A stretch of 62,291 nucleotides of DNA from a virus. Taxonomy: Duplodnaviria; Caudoviricetes. A model generated the notes under the pieces. The model saw only the letters and a list, made by a program, of their open reading frames with translations. It was not told the origin of the DNA and did not search any database. This document shows positions 9,470 to 20,260 of this stretch, piece after piece (the first letter of the stretch is position 1; each line of letters starts with the position of its first letter). The stretch covers positions 1 through 62,291 of the IMG/VR virus record IMGVR_UViG_3300006750_000007, one strand, 5' to 3'. Position numbers and translations under genes: made by a program.

Positions 9470-10648
9470 ATGAATTTAGACGGAGAAATAAATTTTGATA
9501 TAGACTTGAATTCAATCGGAGACGAAATGATTCAAGTAGATATGCCAGCTGGCGCGGACGTTGCATCCTCGACAGAAGACCCAGAAACTCAAGAAATTGG
9601 GAAAAACTCAACAACCTCAGAAACCGCAGTGGACGCAGGAGAGGCGAAAGAGAAAGATCCGAATCTTATTGAGATTCCTGATACACCAACCAATCAGTCA
9701 AAGACTGAGGATAATAATTCTGGAAAGAGCCCTTCTCAGAACGCTAAGGCGTCTGATTCTCCGACAGATAATAAAATTGCAACTCTAGCTAAAGCATTAA
9801 CTGAGAAGGGCGTTCTTTCTGAAATACCTGACGATTTTGATGGTACAGTAGAAGGATTACTTGGATTAGTAGGAGGAGAAGTAAACATAGGAATACAATC
9901 TTATAAAGATTCGCTTCCTGAAGCTATTAGAAACGTTATCGATAATTACGAAGAAGGAGTTCCTTTGGACAGAACAATCGCTAATCAATCTAGACAAATA
10001 GAATACAAATCCATTACTACAGAATCTATAAATGATAATATTGAGCTCCAAAAAAGATTGGTAGCTCAAGATCTAATCAACAGAGGATACTCGGAAGAGA
10101 AAATCGCTAAAAGATTAGAAATGTTTGAAAACAATGAAAGTCTGATGGAGGAAGCAAAAGATGCTCACTCCACTTTACTTCAAGCTGAAGAATACCGCGA
10201 AATAGAAATGAAGAAAAATGCAGCGGCTAATTTTAAAAGGCAAGAAGATAACAATAGAAAGACTTTAGAAGATATTAAAACTTCTATTGACGCATCTGAA
10301 GAGATTGTGCCAGGAATGAAATTAAATAAAACTTCTAGAGACAAGTTATACAAATCATTAACCTCTCCAGTAGATAAAGATGCAAATGGAAATCCCATGA
10401 ATGCAGTCGCTGCTACGAGAGCTAAAGATGTGTTAAAGTTCGAGACTACTTTGCATTACTTACATCAGTTAGGTGTATTTAATGGAGATTGGTCTAAGTT
10501 AACAAAAGTAGCTAAGAGTAGCGCCTCTAAAGAATTAGAAGCCCTTCTTGATAATACTAATGACTTCAACGGAAACAATTCAGGTTCAGCAGGAGTATCT
10601 CCTGGTGCTGGTTCGGTTCTAGAAGGAATGAAGATTTTTGATAAATAA
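9470..10648 (+). CDS. probable capsid scaffolding protein
   Basis: acidic, low-complexity N-terminus, helical; between portal and capsid. Confidence 0.6.
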   Translation: MNLDGEINFDIDLNSIGDEMIQVDMPAGADVASSTEDPETQEIGKNSTTSETAVDAGEAKEKDPNLIEIPDTPTNQSKTEDNNSGKSPSQNAKASDSPTDNKIATLAKALTEKGVLSEIPDDFDGTVEGLLGLVGGEVNIGIQSYKDSLPEAIRNVIDNYEEGVPLDRTIANQSRQIEYKSITTESINDNIELQKRLVAQDLINRGYSEEKIAKRLEMFENNESLMEEAKDAHSTLLQAEEYREIEMKKNAAANFKRQEDNNRKTLEDIKTSIDASEEIVPGMKLNKTSRDKLYKSLTSPVDKDANGNPMNAVAATRAKDVLKFETTLHYLHQLGVFNGDWSKLTKVAKSSASKELEALLDNTNDFNGNNSGSAGVSPGAGSVLEGMKIFDK

Positions 10649-10673
10649 GTAACAAGTAAAATTTAAATAATAT

Positions 10674-12152
10674 ATGTTAATTTCACCACTACAAAAGTAT
10701 GAGCCAAAAGATTGGACTGGCCTTACTACCGAAAATCACTTAGGGGCATTGTTCGCAATAGAACCTCAATTAGTGACAAGTTTAATTGAAAATATCTACC
10801 AAGTAAATCTTGGCGATGATTTAATTAGCTTTATGAATCAATTTCCAGTTGAACATCTTGAAGATGACAGACCATATGAATGGATGTTACAAGGTGCAGA
10901 TGAGAAAAACTATCCGTTAGTTGCTTCTTATGCTGATTTCGACAAAAATGCTTTACCAGCGAATGCAGGTATTAACATTACAAGGTTTGTCTTAGAATTT
11001 CCTGAAAGAGGATTCGAAGCTACTGACGTTATTGTTGGTAACAAACCAGATCTATACAAGTTGAGAGTTGTTGCAGATCCTGTGCCTGCTGGAACTAACT
11101 ACTTATATATGGTTGAATTAGTAACAGGTGATAGCAACCTTTCAGTTCCTGCTGAAGATGTAGCTGCTGGTACTAAGTGGTCTAAAGAATATTCTTTAGT
11201 TGAACAAACACTTTCAACTAGAGGTGGACTTACAAGTCACACTTCTCCTTTCAGAATGCAGAATGTAATGTCTATGATTCGTAAGCAATACACTGTACCT
11301 GGAAACATGATCCGAAAAGGTAAGAATAAGCCATTGGCTTTCTCTTGGAAAGATCAAAGTGGTAAAACTCAAACTGCTTGGATTAATAAGTTAGATTATG
11401 ACTTTATGGTTCAATGTCGTAGAGAAATGGCTAGATTGTTAATGTTTGGAACATCTAACAAAAAAGCTGATGGTACTTATGGTAACGCTGGAGATTCTGG
11501 ATTCGAGATTCGTTCTGGAGCTGGTTTAAGAGAGCAAATTGCTCCTTCAAACAAATTCATGTACAACAACTTCGATCTTGATTACTTGACTGAAACATTG
11601 TTAGGTTTATCTGTAGGGAAATTACCTGAAGATAAGAGACGATTTGTATTAGGAACTGGAGAGTACGGAATGTATCAATTCCATAAAGCTGCTGAAGAAA
11701 AAGCTTCTAACTTTACTCCTAACTTTTCTCAAGATAGAATTTACAAGTCTGGAGAAAACAAAATGGGATACAGAGGTCAGTTCTTAGAGTATAAGACTGT
11801 AAACGGTATTACTGTTGAACTTATGCATGTACCTCAATATGATGATCCAGTTAGAAATAAATTGTATCACCCAGATGGAGGTTTAGCTGAATCTAGACGT
11901 TATACTATCATGGACTTCGGTACTGCCGATGGAGACGCAAATATCAAGCGTGTTGCTATGAAAGGAGATGAAGAAATCTTCAAGTATATCCCAGGTTTAA
12001 GAGATCCTTATTCTCCATACAACAACTTGACTAAACCAGGAATGGCGTCTACATCTGTTGATGGTTACGAAGTACACAAAGCGTACATCGGAGGAATAAT
12101 GGTTAAAAATCCAATGAGAATGGCGGAATATATTCCGAACATTTTAGCATAA
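10674..12152 (+). CDS. major capsid protein
   Basis: GLTTENHLG, SGAGLREQI, YDDPVRNK...HPDGGLAESRRY motifs; high-expression codon bias; followed by a terminator. Confidence 0.92.
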   Translation: MLISPLQKYEPKDWTGLTTENHLGALFAIEPQLVTSLIENIYQVNLGDDLISFMNQFPVEHLEDDRPYEWMLQGADEKNYPLVASYADFDKNALPANAGINITRFVLEFPERGFEATDVIVGNKPDLYKLRVVADPVPAGTNYLYMVELVTGDSNLSVPAEDVAAGTKWSKEYSLVEQTLSTRGGLTSHTSPFRMQNVMSMIRKQYTVPGNMIRKGKNKPLAFSWKDQSGKTQTAWINKLDYDFMVQCRREMARLLMFGTSNKKADGTYGNAGDSGFEIRSGAGLREQIAPSNKFMYNNFDLDYLTETLLGLSVGKLPEDKRRFVLGTGEYGMYQFHKAAEEKASNFTPNFSQDRIYKSGENKMGYRGQFLEYKTVNGITVELMHVPQYDDPVRNKLYHPDGGLAESRRYTIMDFGTADGDANIKRVAMKGDEEIFKYIPGLRDPYSPYNNLTKPGMASTSVDGYEVHKAYIGGIMVKNPMRMAEYIPNILA

Positions 12153-12163
12153 AATATATAACT

Positions 12164-12200
12164 AGGCAGTCTGCAGAAAACTGTGGACTGCCTTTTTTTT
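12164..12200 (+). terminator. Rho-independent terminator after the capsid gene
   Basis: AGGCAGTCTGCAG-aaaa-CTGTGGACTGCCT followed by a T-run. Confidence 0.9.
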
Positions 12201-12217
12201 AATTAATAATAAATAAA

Positions 12218-13090
12218 ATGGAGAAAAAATCAGTAGTTGCAACTGAGGAGTTTAATCCTCTACAAGAAAAAACAATTAGAATAGTAGCTGTGCCAAGGAG
12301 TAATAATTTACCTCCTGATCACGACGGAGCATTTATGTTCACTGGAACAAAACATAGTGTTTGTTTACCGTTCGACATTAAGAAAAATGGATTGTGCAGA
12401 GTCCTCACAAGAGAGGAACAAACGTTCTTTGAAAACGAATTAGATTTAGAAAAAGGAGATTTATCTGTCCATAAAAAGAAAGATAATTTCTGGCATACGT
12501 TCTACGTAGTTCTAAGTAAAGATGATCACTCATTAGATCTTAGTGATCCAATGGATAATCTTCGTTACAGAGTACTAGCTGTACAACCAGATGTAGCCCC
12601 AACATGGGAGCAAAGATATAGTTCAGGTGCATATAAATTTGCATTAGTGGATGATGAAGTTAAAACGAGAATTGCTGTGAAGCAAACAAATACTCGTAAA
12701 GATGCGTATAAGTTCTTAGGGAAGGTTGAAGACCATCCAGATAGAATGAGAGACGTTCTTCGTATCTATGGAGAAGATCCTGGAGCACGAGGTAAGAAGA
12801 AAAAAGATGAGTATAGAGAAACATTAGTTAAATCTTTAGGAGACTTAATTGATGATGATGCTAAATTAGAAAAACTAATGTTAGTAGTAGCTGATCCTCA
12901 TTTTGAAATGAAAATATTTATTGAAGATGCACTTGCGATTGCAGCATTAAAGAAAGAAGGTACTAAGTACTATCTTCCTGGAGATGATAAAATCGGTGGG
13001 ACGCTTCAAGAAACTATAGATTATTTTAAAAACGCAGTAAACCAAGATGTTTATTTGAAAATTAAAAATCAAATCGATATAAGTAACTAA
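12218..13090 (+). CDS. conserved crAss-like protein downstream of the capsid gene
   Basis: 290 aa, LDLSDPMD motif, conserved synteny. Confidence 0.65.
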   Translation: MEKKSVVATEEFNPLQEKTIRIVAVPRSNNLPPDHDGAFMFTGTKHSVCLPFDIKKNGLCRVLTREEQTFFENELDLEKGDLSVHKKKDNFWHTFYVVLSKDDHSLDLSDPMDNLRYRVLAVQPDVAPTWEQRYSSGAYKFALVDDEVKTRIAVKQTNTRKDAYKFLGKVEDHPDRMRDVLRIYGEDPGARGKKKKDEYRETLVKSLGDLIDDDAKLEKLMLVVADPHFEMKIFIEDALAIAALKKEGTKYYLPGDDKIGGTLQETIDYFKNAVNQDVYLKIKNQIDISN

Positions 13091-13821
13091 TGCAGTATTT
13101 AACAGCCGCCGAAATGAAAGTTGAGTTTGAAATCTTATTTGATAAGATTACTAACTTATCAGCACCAGGATATGATAATGATGAAATATCATTATTCTTA
13201 AACTTAGCGCAAGAGAGAATTTTAAAAGGCAGACTGAATCCGAAAGGAAATAAATACGGAGATACATTTGAAGAAACAGAGAAAAGACGTAAAGACTTTT
13301 CTGAATTAATAAGAGATGCTATAGATGGGAGTGGTAATTTAACCACTTCCATTTCTAGTAATCAAAACGGAATACTTCCTAATGGTGTATTTTTTGATTT
13401 ACCTCTAGACTTTTTATATGCTATTACAGAAAGAATAGAAAGCGATATTGTTTGTGGAACAAGCTTTAAACAAATAGATGTTAAGCCTATTACTCATGAC
13501 CAATATAATATTAATGTAAATAATCCATTTAAACAACCTGATGATAAATTAGCTTGGAGAGTGGACTTTAGTAGAGAAAATGTAAGTTCTACAGAAAAAA
13601 AGAGACATGAAATTATAACTGATAGTTCATATTCTCCAAAAAAGTATTACCTTCGCTATATTAAACGTCCTGTGGACATTAATATTGATGGAGCCATAGA
13701 TTGCGAATTAGATGCTGCAATACATAGAGAGATTGTAGCAAAGGCCGTAGAAATAGCATTAGAGACTGTTCAAGACCCAAGATTCCAATCAATGAAGATT
13801 GAAAATAATGAAATTGAATAA
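13090..13821 (+). CDS. head-tail ring/adaptor protein
   Basis: APGYDNDEISLFLNLAQ, FEETEKRRKD, YYLRYIKRP...CEL...HREIV. Confidence 0.65.
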   Translation: MQYLTAAEMKVEFEILFDKITNLSAPGYDNDEISLFLNLAQERILKGRLNPKGNKYGDTFEETEKRRKDFSELIRDAIDGSGNLTTSISSNQNGILPNGVFFDLPLDFLYAITERIESDIVCGTSFKQIDVKPITHDQYNINVNNPFKQPDDKLAWRVDFSRENVSSTEKKRHEIITDSSYSPKKYYLRYIKRPVDINIDGAIDCELDAAIHREIVAKAVEIALETVQDPRFQSMKIENNEIE

Positions 13822-13852
13822 ATAAATAATAATTAACTTAAAAACGTGTAAA

Positions 13853-15145
13853 ATGAACACAACAACAAATTCACAACTTTTACTGGTAGCTCTAGATGTA
13901 GCTAGAACAGCTTCAGTAAGTTTAGACCCTACATCAGCTGACTATTTAGCTGACGGAGAGGTAGTAGTAACAAGAGAAGATGGTAGAACAATATTAGTAG
14001 CCGCTGCTAGTCCAATGCCAGCTAAAGTAAGAGTCGTACAACGAAAAGGTGATAAGCTAGTAGCTTCTCCAATTCTTGACGGAAGCAAATTAAAATCTTA
14101 TAAAGGTGCTGCATATGCTGCTGCAACTGAACAAGTAACTTACATTGGATATAATGGTGCAAGCGAAGCTATTGACGTAATCAATTCTAATGTTTACTTA
14201 ACAAGAGTTATCCGTCAGGATACACAATCTACTTTCTTAAATAAAGAAATGATGAAGTTTGGTACTTTAAAATCTAGTGCTTCTGCTTCTCAATCTGAAA
14301 TTTCTTTAGGATTAGCTTCTTCTTTAATTGCTAACTTTGCAAGAGAACCAGAGAAAGAAATTAAATTCGAAAGTGTTTGTGATGACGCAGGCGCAATTAT
14401 CCCTACAGGGACAGGTACAGTAAATGTATCTAACGGTTCTAAAGTTATCACATTCGCAACTGCGGTTGATAATGCAACTGGAGCAACTGTATTATTAGTT
14501 AATGAATTTTTAAGATTCGGAACTGCTGTAACTGATCCAGTTTATAAGATAATGTCTATCGATGTTCCTAATGAGCAAATCACTTTAGATCGTCCTTATG
14601 AAGGCGTTTCTGATAGTGCTGTAGCTAATAATACAATCGAGCGTATTACTGTAGCTTTAGGTGCTGCTGCTGACTGGGGTGTTAAAATGACTGGTCTTGC
14701 TAGAAAATTCACTGCTGGTACTTTCAAATATTCTAAAGTAAGATTTGAAGTAACATTAGCTGAAGACTTCGGTACTACAGTTGTTACTAAAAGTGCTGCT
14801 GCAACAGAAGGTGTAGGAATGTACGAACAAGTAGCTGAACTAGAATGGTTTGTAGGAAGTAACGCAATCGAAAGAATTGGTACTCCTTCTCCAGTTATTA
14901 CTGCTTCAGTAGGAACTGAGTCTGGTCACGGATACGGATGGATTGAAATTGCTTGCGATAACGTATCTCATGTAGGCGTTGCAGGACCTGCAGTTTCTAA
15001 AATTGAAGTAAAAATTGCTTGTAACGGTGGAGCAGCTGGTGGTACTTTTGGTACTTCTATTACTGATAACACTAACGGTGTTGCTGATACACTTGATGCA
15101 TGGGCATCTGCTCATGGCGGATTTGCTGCTTCAGGATTAGCATAA
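13853..15145 (+). CDS. abundant virion protein (auxiliary capsid/decoration candidate)
   Basis: Ala/Thr/Val-rich, capsid-like codon bias, own terminator. Confidence 0.6.
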   Translation: MNTTTNSQLLLVALDVARTASVSLDPTSADYLADGEVVVTREDGRTILVAAASPMPAKVRVVQRKGDKLVASPILDGSKLKSYKGAAYAAATEQVTYIGYNGASEAIDVINSNVYLTRVIRQDTQSTFLNKEMMKFGTLKSSASASQSEISLGLASSLIANFAREPEKEIKFESVCDDAGAIIPTGTGTVNVSNGSKVITFATAVDNATGATVLLVNEFLRFGTAVTDPVYKIMSIDVPNEQITLDRPYEGVSDSAVANNTIERITVALGAAADWGVKMTGLARKFTAGTFKYSKVRFEVTLAEDFGTTVVTKSAAATEGVGMYEQVAELEWFVGSNAIERIGTPSPVITASVGTESGHGYGWIEIACDNVSHVGVAGPAVSKIEVKIACNGGAAGGTFGTSITDNTNGVADTLDAWASAHGGFAASGLA

Positions 15146-15161
15146 ACAAATAATTATAAAT

Positions 15162-15197
15162 AATATATAGAGCTCTTCGGAGTTCTATATATTTTTT
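15162..15197 (+). terminator. Rho-independent terminator with cUUCGg tetraloop
   Basis: AATATATAGAGCTC-TTCG-GAGTTCTATATATT followed by Ts. Confidence 0.88.
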
Positions 15198-15230
15198 GTA
15201 TTTTTACCTTAACATTATATCCTTTTTTTC

Positions 15231-15806
15231 ATGGCATTAGAATTAAAAATATCCGCTTGTATAAAAAACTCTTGTAACGAATTACAAATAGAAGACATTA
15301 CTGGAGTTTATGATGCTAGTGCTAATCCAACTGGATGGGAAAATGCAGCTACAGTATTAGCAGCAAATGTTTCAACAGTCGAACTTATTATCACTTATCC
15401 TGATGGAACTTCTCAAACAGAGACTTTAACGTCTCAATTTCCTGGTACAGTTACAGGAATAATTACTTACGACCCTATTACTGTTTCTGACCTATCAAGT
15501 TTCTCTGATGGGCTTTATAGTATAAAATATAAAGTAACTACAGATACAAACGTAGTTTACTCAACAATTTTACGACCTTACTTTACATGTTTAGCAGAAT
15601 GCTCAGTAAATAAACTATGGTCCGCATATGCATCTGCATTTTGCGCTTCATCTTGCGATGTTGAATTAAAATTAGAAAAAGCTCAATTAGGCGAAGCGTT
15701 ATTGAGCGCTATACGTTCAGCAGTATTATGTAATAATACAACAGCTGCAGATAGTTTATTAGAAAGATTAACCCGACTTGCAGCCTACGAGGACTGCGGT
15801 TGCTAA
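15231..15806 (+). CDS. tail hub/collar-like structural protein
   Basis: Ig-like N-half (DGLYSIKY), Cys-rich helical C-half ending DCGC. Confidence 0.5.
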   Translation: MALELKISACIKNSCNELQIEDITGVYDASANPTGWENAATVLAANVSTVELIITYPDGTSQTETLTSQFPGTVTGIITYDPITVSDLSSFSDGLYSIKYKVTTDTNVVYSTILRPYFTCLAECSVNKLWSAYASAFCASSCDVELKLEKAQLGEALLSAIRSAVLCNNTTAADSLLERLTRLAAYEDCGC

Positions 15807-15820
15807 AAATATTATAAAAC

Positions 15821-16807
15821 ATGTCATGTAATTGCTCAGACCAATGCTCAACTCCTATAACAATCCCTACAGGAAATGCAGGAAATAATGGGACCGATGG
15901 CTCAGATGGAATATTCGGAGGCTTTTCAAGCAACTGGTTATTTTCTAGTTCTACTTCAACAGGACCATCAGCAACAGAAATAAGATTAAATAATGTTACT
16001 CCAGCATCAGTAGCATTTATATATCTAGCTGACTCAAATGCAAATAGTATAGATATGAGTGCTTTTCTTACTAGTTTTTATAATGGAGCTAGTTTTGGAA
16101 AAATAAGATTATATAAAGAAGACGATAAAACTAAATTTTGGTTAGGAACAATAACTGCTGTTACAGATAATGGCACAGATTTTCAATTAACTGTAACTCA
16201 TATTCAAAGTAACGGTACGTTTACTGCTGCAGATTCTATTATTGTTTCATTCGCTCCTGCAGGTGCAGATGGTGCGATTGGTGCAGCTGGTTCTAATGGA
16301 ACTAACGGTGTTGATGGAGTAACAGTACTTCACAATGATTTAGCTACTTACTCAAGATCGACTGCTTCTTTTGCTAGCGTTGCTTCTTATACAGTTCCTA
16401 TTGGAACATTAGCTACTAATGGTTCAATGTTAAAAATTAAACTTCTTATAGATAAAACTATTGTAAGTGACATTTCTAGTGGTATTCAATTATATATTAA
16501 TGGAGCAATAGCTCATTCAGGAATAGGTGGCTCACCATCTCAATTTAAATTCCAACAATCTGCAACTCATTCTATATTAGAATACACTCTTCATAGAATA
16601 TCTAATACCTCAGCAGCTTCAGATTATAGATCAGTTTCAATGGTAGACTATCAAGAGCAAAGAGCTGTAGCAGGATTTGAGAATGCTGTATCAATAGGAG
16701 TTCTAGACTTTGATGGAGCTACTACTAATATAGCAGTATATATTAAAGGCAATGGAACTGATAATGTAAATCTTAAAGGATTTTCAGTAGAGCACTATAT
16801 AAAATAA
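15821..16807 (+). CDS. tail fibre-like protein with short collagen-like Gly-X-Y stretches
   Basis: GNAGNNGTDGSDG and GADGAIGAAGSNGTNGVDG; N-terminal MSCNCSDQC. Confidence 0.65.
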   Translation: MSCNCSDQCSTPITIPTGNAGNNGTDGSDGIFGGFSSNWLFSSSTSTGPSATEIRLNNVTPASVAFIYLADSNANSIDMSAFLTSFYNGASFGKIRLYKEDDKTKFWLGTITAVTDNGTDFQLTVTHIQSNGTFTAADSIIVSFAPAGADGAIGAAGSNGTNGVDGVTVLHNDLATYSRSTASFASVASYTVPIGTLATNGSMLKIKLLIDKTIVSDISSGIQLYINGAIAHSGIGGSPSQFKFQQSATHSILEYTLHRISNTSAASDYRSVSMVDYQEQRAVAGFENAVSIGVLDFDGATTNIAVYIKGNGTDNVNLKGFSVEHYIK

Positions 16808-16813
16808 CAAACA

Positions 16814-17689
16814 ATGATTATAGAAACTTATAAAGATATAGAAATACAAGCTGGAGGTCTGGTTTATGAAGGAGCCACTTCTGCTTCTGCAAATATTGAT
16901 GTTAACGATCCTACAATAGTTTACAGAATTAAAAGTACTGGTAGTCCAAGTATGGGAGCTAGTTATACTGTAGCTACTACAGGTACTGCTATTAAAGGAC
17001 ATAAAGTCACTATTAAATATGAAGCTACTGTAGACTTTAATGGTAATACTCTTACATTAATGGGAACAACTATTGATGTAGCTTATGAAGCTAAGAAATT
17101 TATTGTAGAATCTATTTATGATGGCGCAGCTTGGAATACAATAGTATCAGTTGATTTTGATCAATCTGATATTATTATTGCTGACTCTATTAAAGCTGAT
17201 TCAGTAACTAGTACAAAAATATTAGATGATGCTATTATTTCATCAAAAATTTTAGATGGCGCAGTAATAGCTTCTAAATTAGATCCTTCAATACTACCAA
17301 TAAAAGCAGTAAATGTAGCTATTCCTTCTGCTGATATATTGACTGGTAATGTTACTCCAATATCATTAATAATCGATAACGTTAAAGAATCTTATCTTCT
17401 TTTAGGTGCATCAATGAAATCAGATGCAGGAGGAACAATTCCTTATGCTACTAATACAATTATTCAAATATTTCAAAATACTGCACAAGAACCTTTATTT
17501 GAAAGTGATTTATTAGGATTTGCTACTGGAGTAGAAAAAAGATATCAATTAGCAAGTCACGACCCAATTATTAATAGAAGTCAAATTATTTCAAATAAAG
17601 GATTTAATATGACTATAAAAACAGGAAATCCTACTGCTGGAGACAGTGATATAAGCATACTTATATATTATATGGTAATAACAAGTTAA
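16814..17689 (+). CDS. tail fibre/spike-like structural protein
   Basis: repeats of the form V/IxSxKILDxA; beta-rich. Confidence 0.55.
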   Translation: MIIETYKDIEIQAGGLVYEGATSASANIDVNDPTIVYRIKSTGSPSMGASYTVATTGTAIKGHKVTIKYEATVDFNGNTLTLMGTTIDVAYEAKKFIVESIYDGAAWNTIVSVDFDQSDIIIADSIKADSVTSTKILDDAIISSKILDGAVIASKLDPSILPIKAVNVAIPSADILTGNVTPISLIIDNVKESYLLLGASMKSDAGGTIPYATNTIIQIFQNTAQEPLFESDLLGFATGVEKRYQLASHDPIINRSQIISNKGFNMTIKTGNPTAGDSDISILIYYMVITS

Positions 17690-17690
17690 A

Positions 17691-18257
17691 ATGTATACGT
17701 TAAGTTGTAGAAATAAACATATTCAAGCAATACAGTGTCTTCACGGTCAACTTGGAGGTACTCTTGCTACTGCTCTTGCAACAGGTAGAGGAGATACTTC
17801 ATGTTTAATAAAAAGAGTTAATATTATACGTGCGTATTTAAGAATTCTTTATTGCCATTGGGCTCCTACAAAAGAAATGAATCATTTATCTTCTATAAGT
17901 ATAGATGCATTATCTGTTAGTCTTACTATTGATCAAACTACTGTCGCAGGAGGGCTTATACAATATTCTAGCGCAGGAGTAACAAATTACATTGTAGGTC
18001 TTGAAGCAATTTTAGATATGTTTGATGCAGATCCTAATATATCTGGAAATATAGTCGGAAATAAATTATACATTTGGTCAAGTAGTCCAGATGCTCCAGT
18101 ATATTCAAATCTTACAAATATTACAGTAGAAGAATTAACTAACTCTACAGAAGATTTTTTATTAAAAAAGAATTGTTTAACTGACTCACAAATAAATGAC
18201 ATTATAACATCAGCATATAAAGTTCTGGAAACAGAATCAGGATGTGGATGTTCTTAA
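17691..18257 (+). CDS. tail hub-like structural protein
   Basis: NCLTDSQI and terminal CGCS. Confidence 0.45.
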   Translation: MYTLSCRNKHIQAIQCLHGQLGGTLATALATGRGDTSCLIKRVNIIRAYLRILYCHWAPTKEMNHLSSISIDALSVSLTIDQTTVAGGLIQYSSAGVTNYIVGLEAILDMFDADPNISGNIVGNKLYIWSSSPDAPVYSNLTNITVEELTNSTEDFLLKKNCLTDSQINDIITSAYKVLETESGCGCS

Positions 18258-18272
18258 ATAAAATAACATAAC

Positions 18273-18542
18273 ATGGACGCATCACAAGAATTATTAAATA
18301 AATCAATAACAGGAACTAATCCTTACTTTATTTCAGATACTGCTACTCATACTGGATTATCTGGTTATGCTGTATATGCTATTGAAGATACAGTAATAGC
18401 AGGATTTGTACCTTCTCCAAAAGGAAACACTTTAGTAGCTGAAACTATATTAGCAGGTCATATTTGGTATTTATCATGTACAGAACTTACTCTTACTTCA
18501 GGAGCATGTTTTGTATACAATCATCATACTATAGCAGGATAA
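18273..18542 (+). CDS. small beta-rich virion protein
   Basis: 89 aa ending LTLTSGACFVY; precedes the LamG gene. Confidence 0.55.
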   Translation: MDASQELLNKSITGTNPYFISDTATHTGLSGYAVYAIEDTVIAGFVPSPKGNTLVAETILAGHIWYLSCTELTLTSGACFVYNHHTIAG

Positions 18543-18567
18543 GGAATCATTAAATAAAGTTAGTATT

Positions 18568-19974
18568 ATGTCATTAGGACTAGGATTAAATCTATATAAA
18601 ACAAAAGCAACTGGCGCAAGCGGGAGCGGGGCCTATTCTAATACTAAGAGCCTAGAGTTTGACGGTGTAGACGATAGGGTAGACTTTGGAATAACCAACG
18701 CTGGAACTAATGACGTATCGTTTAGCTTCTGGATGAAAACTACAATGGTAGTAGCTTCCTTTGGCTCTGCAACCGCTTTTGGAGGAAGGGCAACTGTAAA
18801 CGGAGACACATATACTTTAGGTCGTTTAAGCTATATTATATCAAGTTCTACTATTTTAAGAGTTAGGTGTTTTAACACTTTCGGTACTACTCAGATAAAC
18901 GATGGAAATTGGCATCATATAGCTTTTACCCACAACTACACAACTAAAGAAACTAAAGCGTATGTAGATGGAGGGCTAGAAGTTACTGTAACTTTTCCTG
19001 CTCAAGCCAACGCTTTTTTTGTTGCTCAAGGATGGAATGGTTTTAATGCTGCATATCAATATAGTGGCAATGTAGACGAACCAGTATATTTTCAAAGAGT
19101 ATTAAGCCCTACCCAAATAACTGACATCTATAACAGTGGAGTACCTACCGATTTAAGCGACTTCAGTCCTTATGGCTGGAGTAGAAATGGAGATAATGGT
19201 TCTTGGAAGTCTCCACAATGGCTATTGCCTAATAATGAGAACAAAGATAAAGTATCAAATTATAGTTTTGATTTAGATGGTATTGATGATTATATTGATT
19301 TAGGAAATGACAGTAGTTTAGATATTTTTGGCTCTGACTTTACTATTTCACTATGGGCTAAGTGGGGAAATCAAACAAGTAACTCAAATGGATTAATTAA
19401 TTTTGCAGCTAATACAAACAAAGCAGTAATTACTTTAGGTTTTAGCAGTCAATATGGAAAAATAAGTTTTGGAACGGGTTCTTCATCTACAATAGGTATA
19501 TTGTATAATTGCGGTAGTGGGTATAATGATAATAACTGGCACCATGTAATGTGTACATTGCAAGGTAGTACGAGGACAGTATATGTTGACGGAGTTGATA
19601 TTTCTTCAACGGGTAGTGGTTCTAATATTTCAGTTGGCTCAAACAATGACATAGGTAATAGAGCAAGGAGTAGATACTTTGTAGGTAATATTGACGAGGT
19701 AAGTATTTTTGACTCAGTTATACCTATTGGTGATTTATGGGATGGTAGCGGAGAACCTACTACGCTACCAAGCGGAGCAGTAGCTCATTATAAAATGGGT
19801 AAAGAAGCTACTTTCAGCGGTGGAGTTTGGACTGTGCCCGATGCAATAGGCAGTAATGACGGAACATCTAACGGGATGACAATAGAGGACAGAGTAGGCA
19901 ATGCACCTAATTCAGAAAACAATGCTTTATCTTTCAACATGGATGAGGTGGACAGGGTAGAGGACACACCTTAA
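18568..19974 (+). CDS. LamG/concanavalin A-like lectin protein with two tandem domains (receptor-binding candidate)
   Basis: SLEFDGVDD...FSFWMK...DGNWHHIA...YVDG...GNVDE and FDLDGIDDY...ISLWAK...NNWHHV...YVDG...GNIDEV. Confidence 0.85.
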   Translation: MSLGLGLNLYKTKATGASGSGAYSNTKSLEFDGVDDRVDFGITNAGTNDVSFSFWMKTTMVVASFGSATAFGGRATVNGDTYTLGRLSYIISSSTILRVRCFNTFGTTQINDGNWHHIAFTHNYTTKETKAYVDGGLEVTVTFPAQANAFFVAQGWNGFNAAYQYSGNVDEPVYFQRVLSPTQITDIYNSGVPTDLSDFSPYGWSRNGDNGSWKSPQWLLPNNENKDKVSNYSFDLDGIDDYIDLGNDSSLDIFGSDFTISLWAKWGNQTSNSNGLINFAANTNKAVITLGFSSQYGKISFGTGSSSTIGILYNCGSGYNDNNWHHVMCTLQGSTRTVYVDGVDISSTGSGSNISVGSNNDIGNRARSRYFVGNIDEVSIFDSVIPIGDLWDGSGEPTTLPSGAVAHYKMGKEATFSGGVWTVPDAIGSNDGTSNGMTIEDRVGNAPNSENNALSFNMDEVDRVEDTP

Positions 19975-19986
19975 AAATATAAAAAA

Positions 19987-20253
19987 ATGAATAAGAAAAC
20001 ATACGCAATAATTAAACTCTCAGACATAGGCTTAATAGACTTTTCTCAAGTGGCTCAGAGTTCAGCATCCACAGTTAGAAAAAGTTTAGACAATACTCAA
20101 TTTGTAATAAAATGGCAGGAAGGATATGAGCCTACTTTTATAGAGGACGGCTCAGTTATTCCAGTAGGAATTTACAATCATTCTGAGGTGCTAGAATTAA
20201 TGGGTACACCTTTTTGGAGCGGAGAAGTAGAGGAAGAAATGAAAAAGATTTAA
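19987..20253 (+). CDS. small protein accompanying the LamG gene
   Basis: IDFSQV..SS..TVRKSLD.TQFVIKW. Confidence 0.65.
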   Translation: MNKKTYAIIKLSDIGLIDFSQVAQSSASTVRKSLDNTQFVIKWQEGYEPTFIEDGSVIPVGIYNHSEVLELMGTPFWSGEVEEEMKKI

Positions 20254-20260
20254 AATTTAT

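Noticed and set aside
4830-12152. Introns or inteins in TerL, portal or capsid genes
   Set aside because: Genes are contiguous, of normal length, with no intein or homing-endonuclease motifs seen
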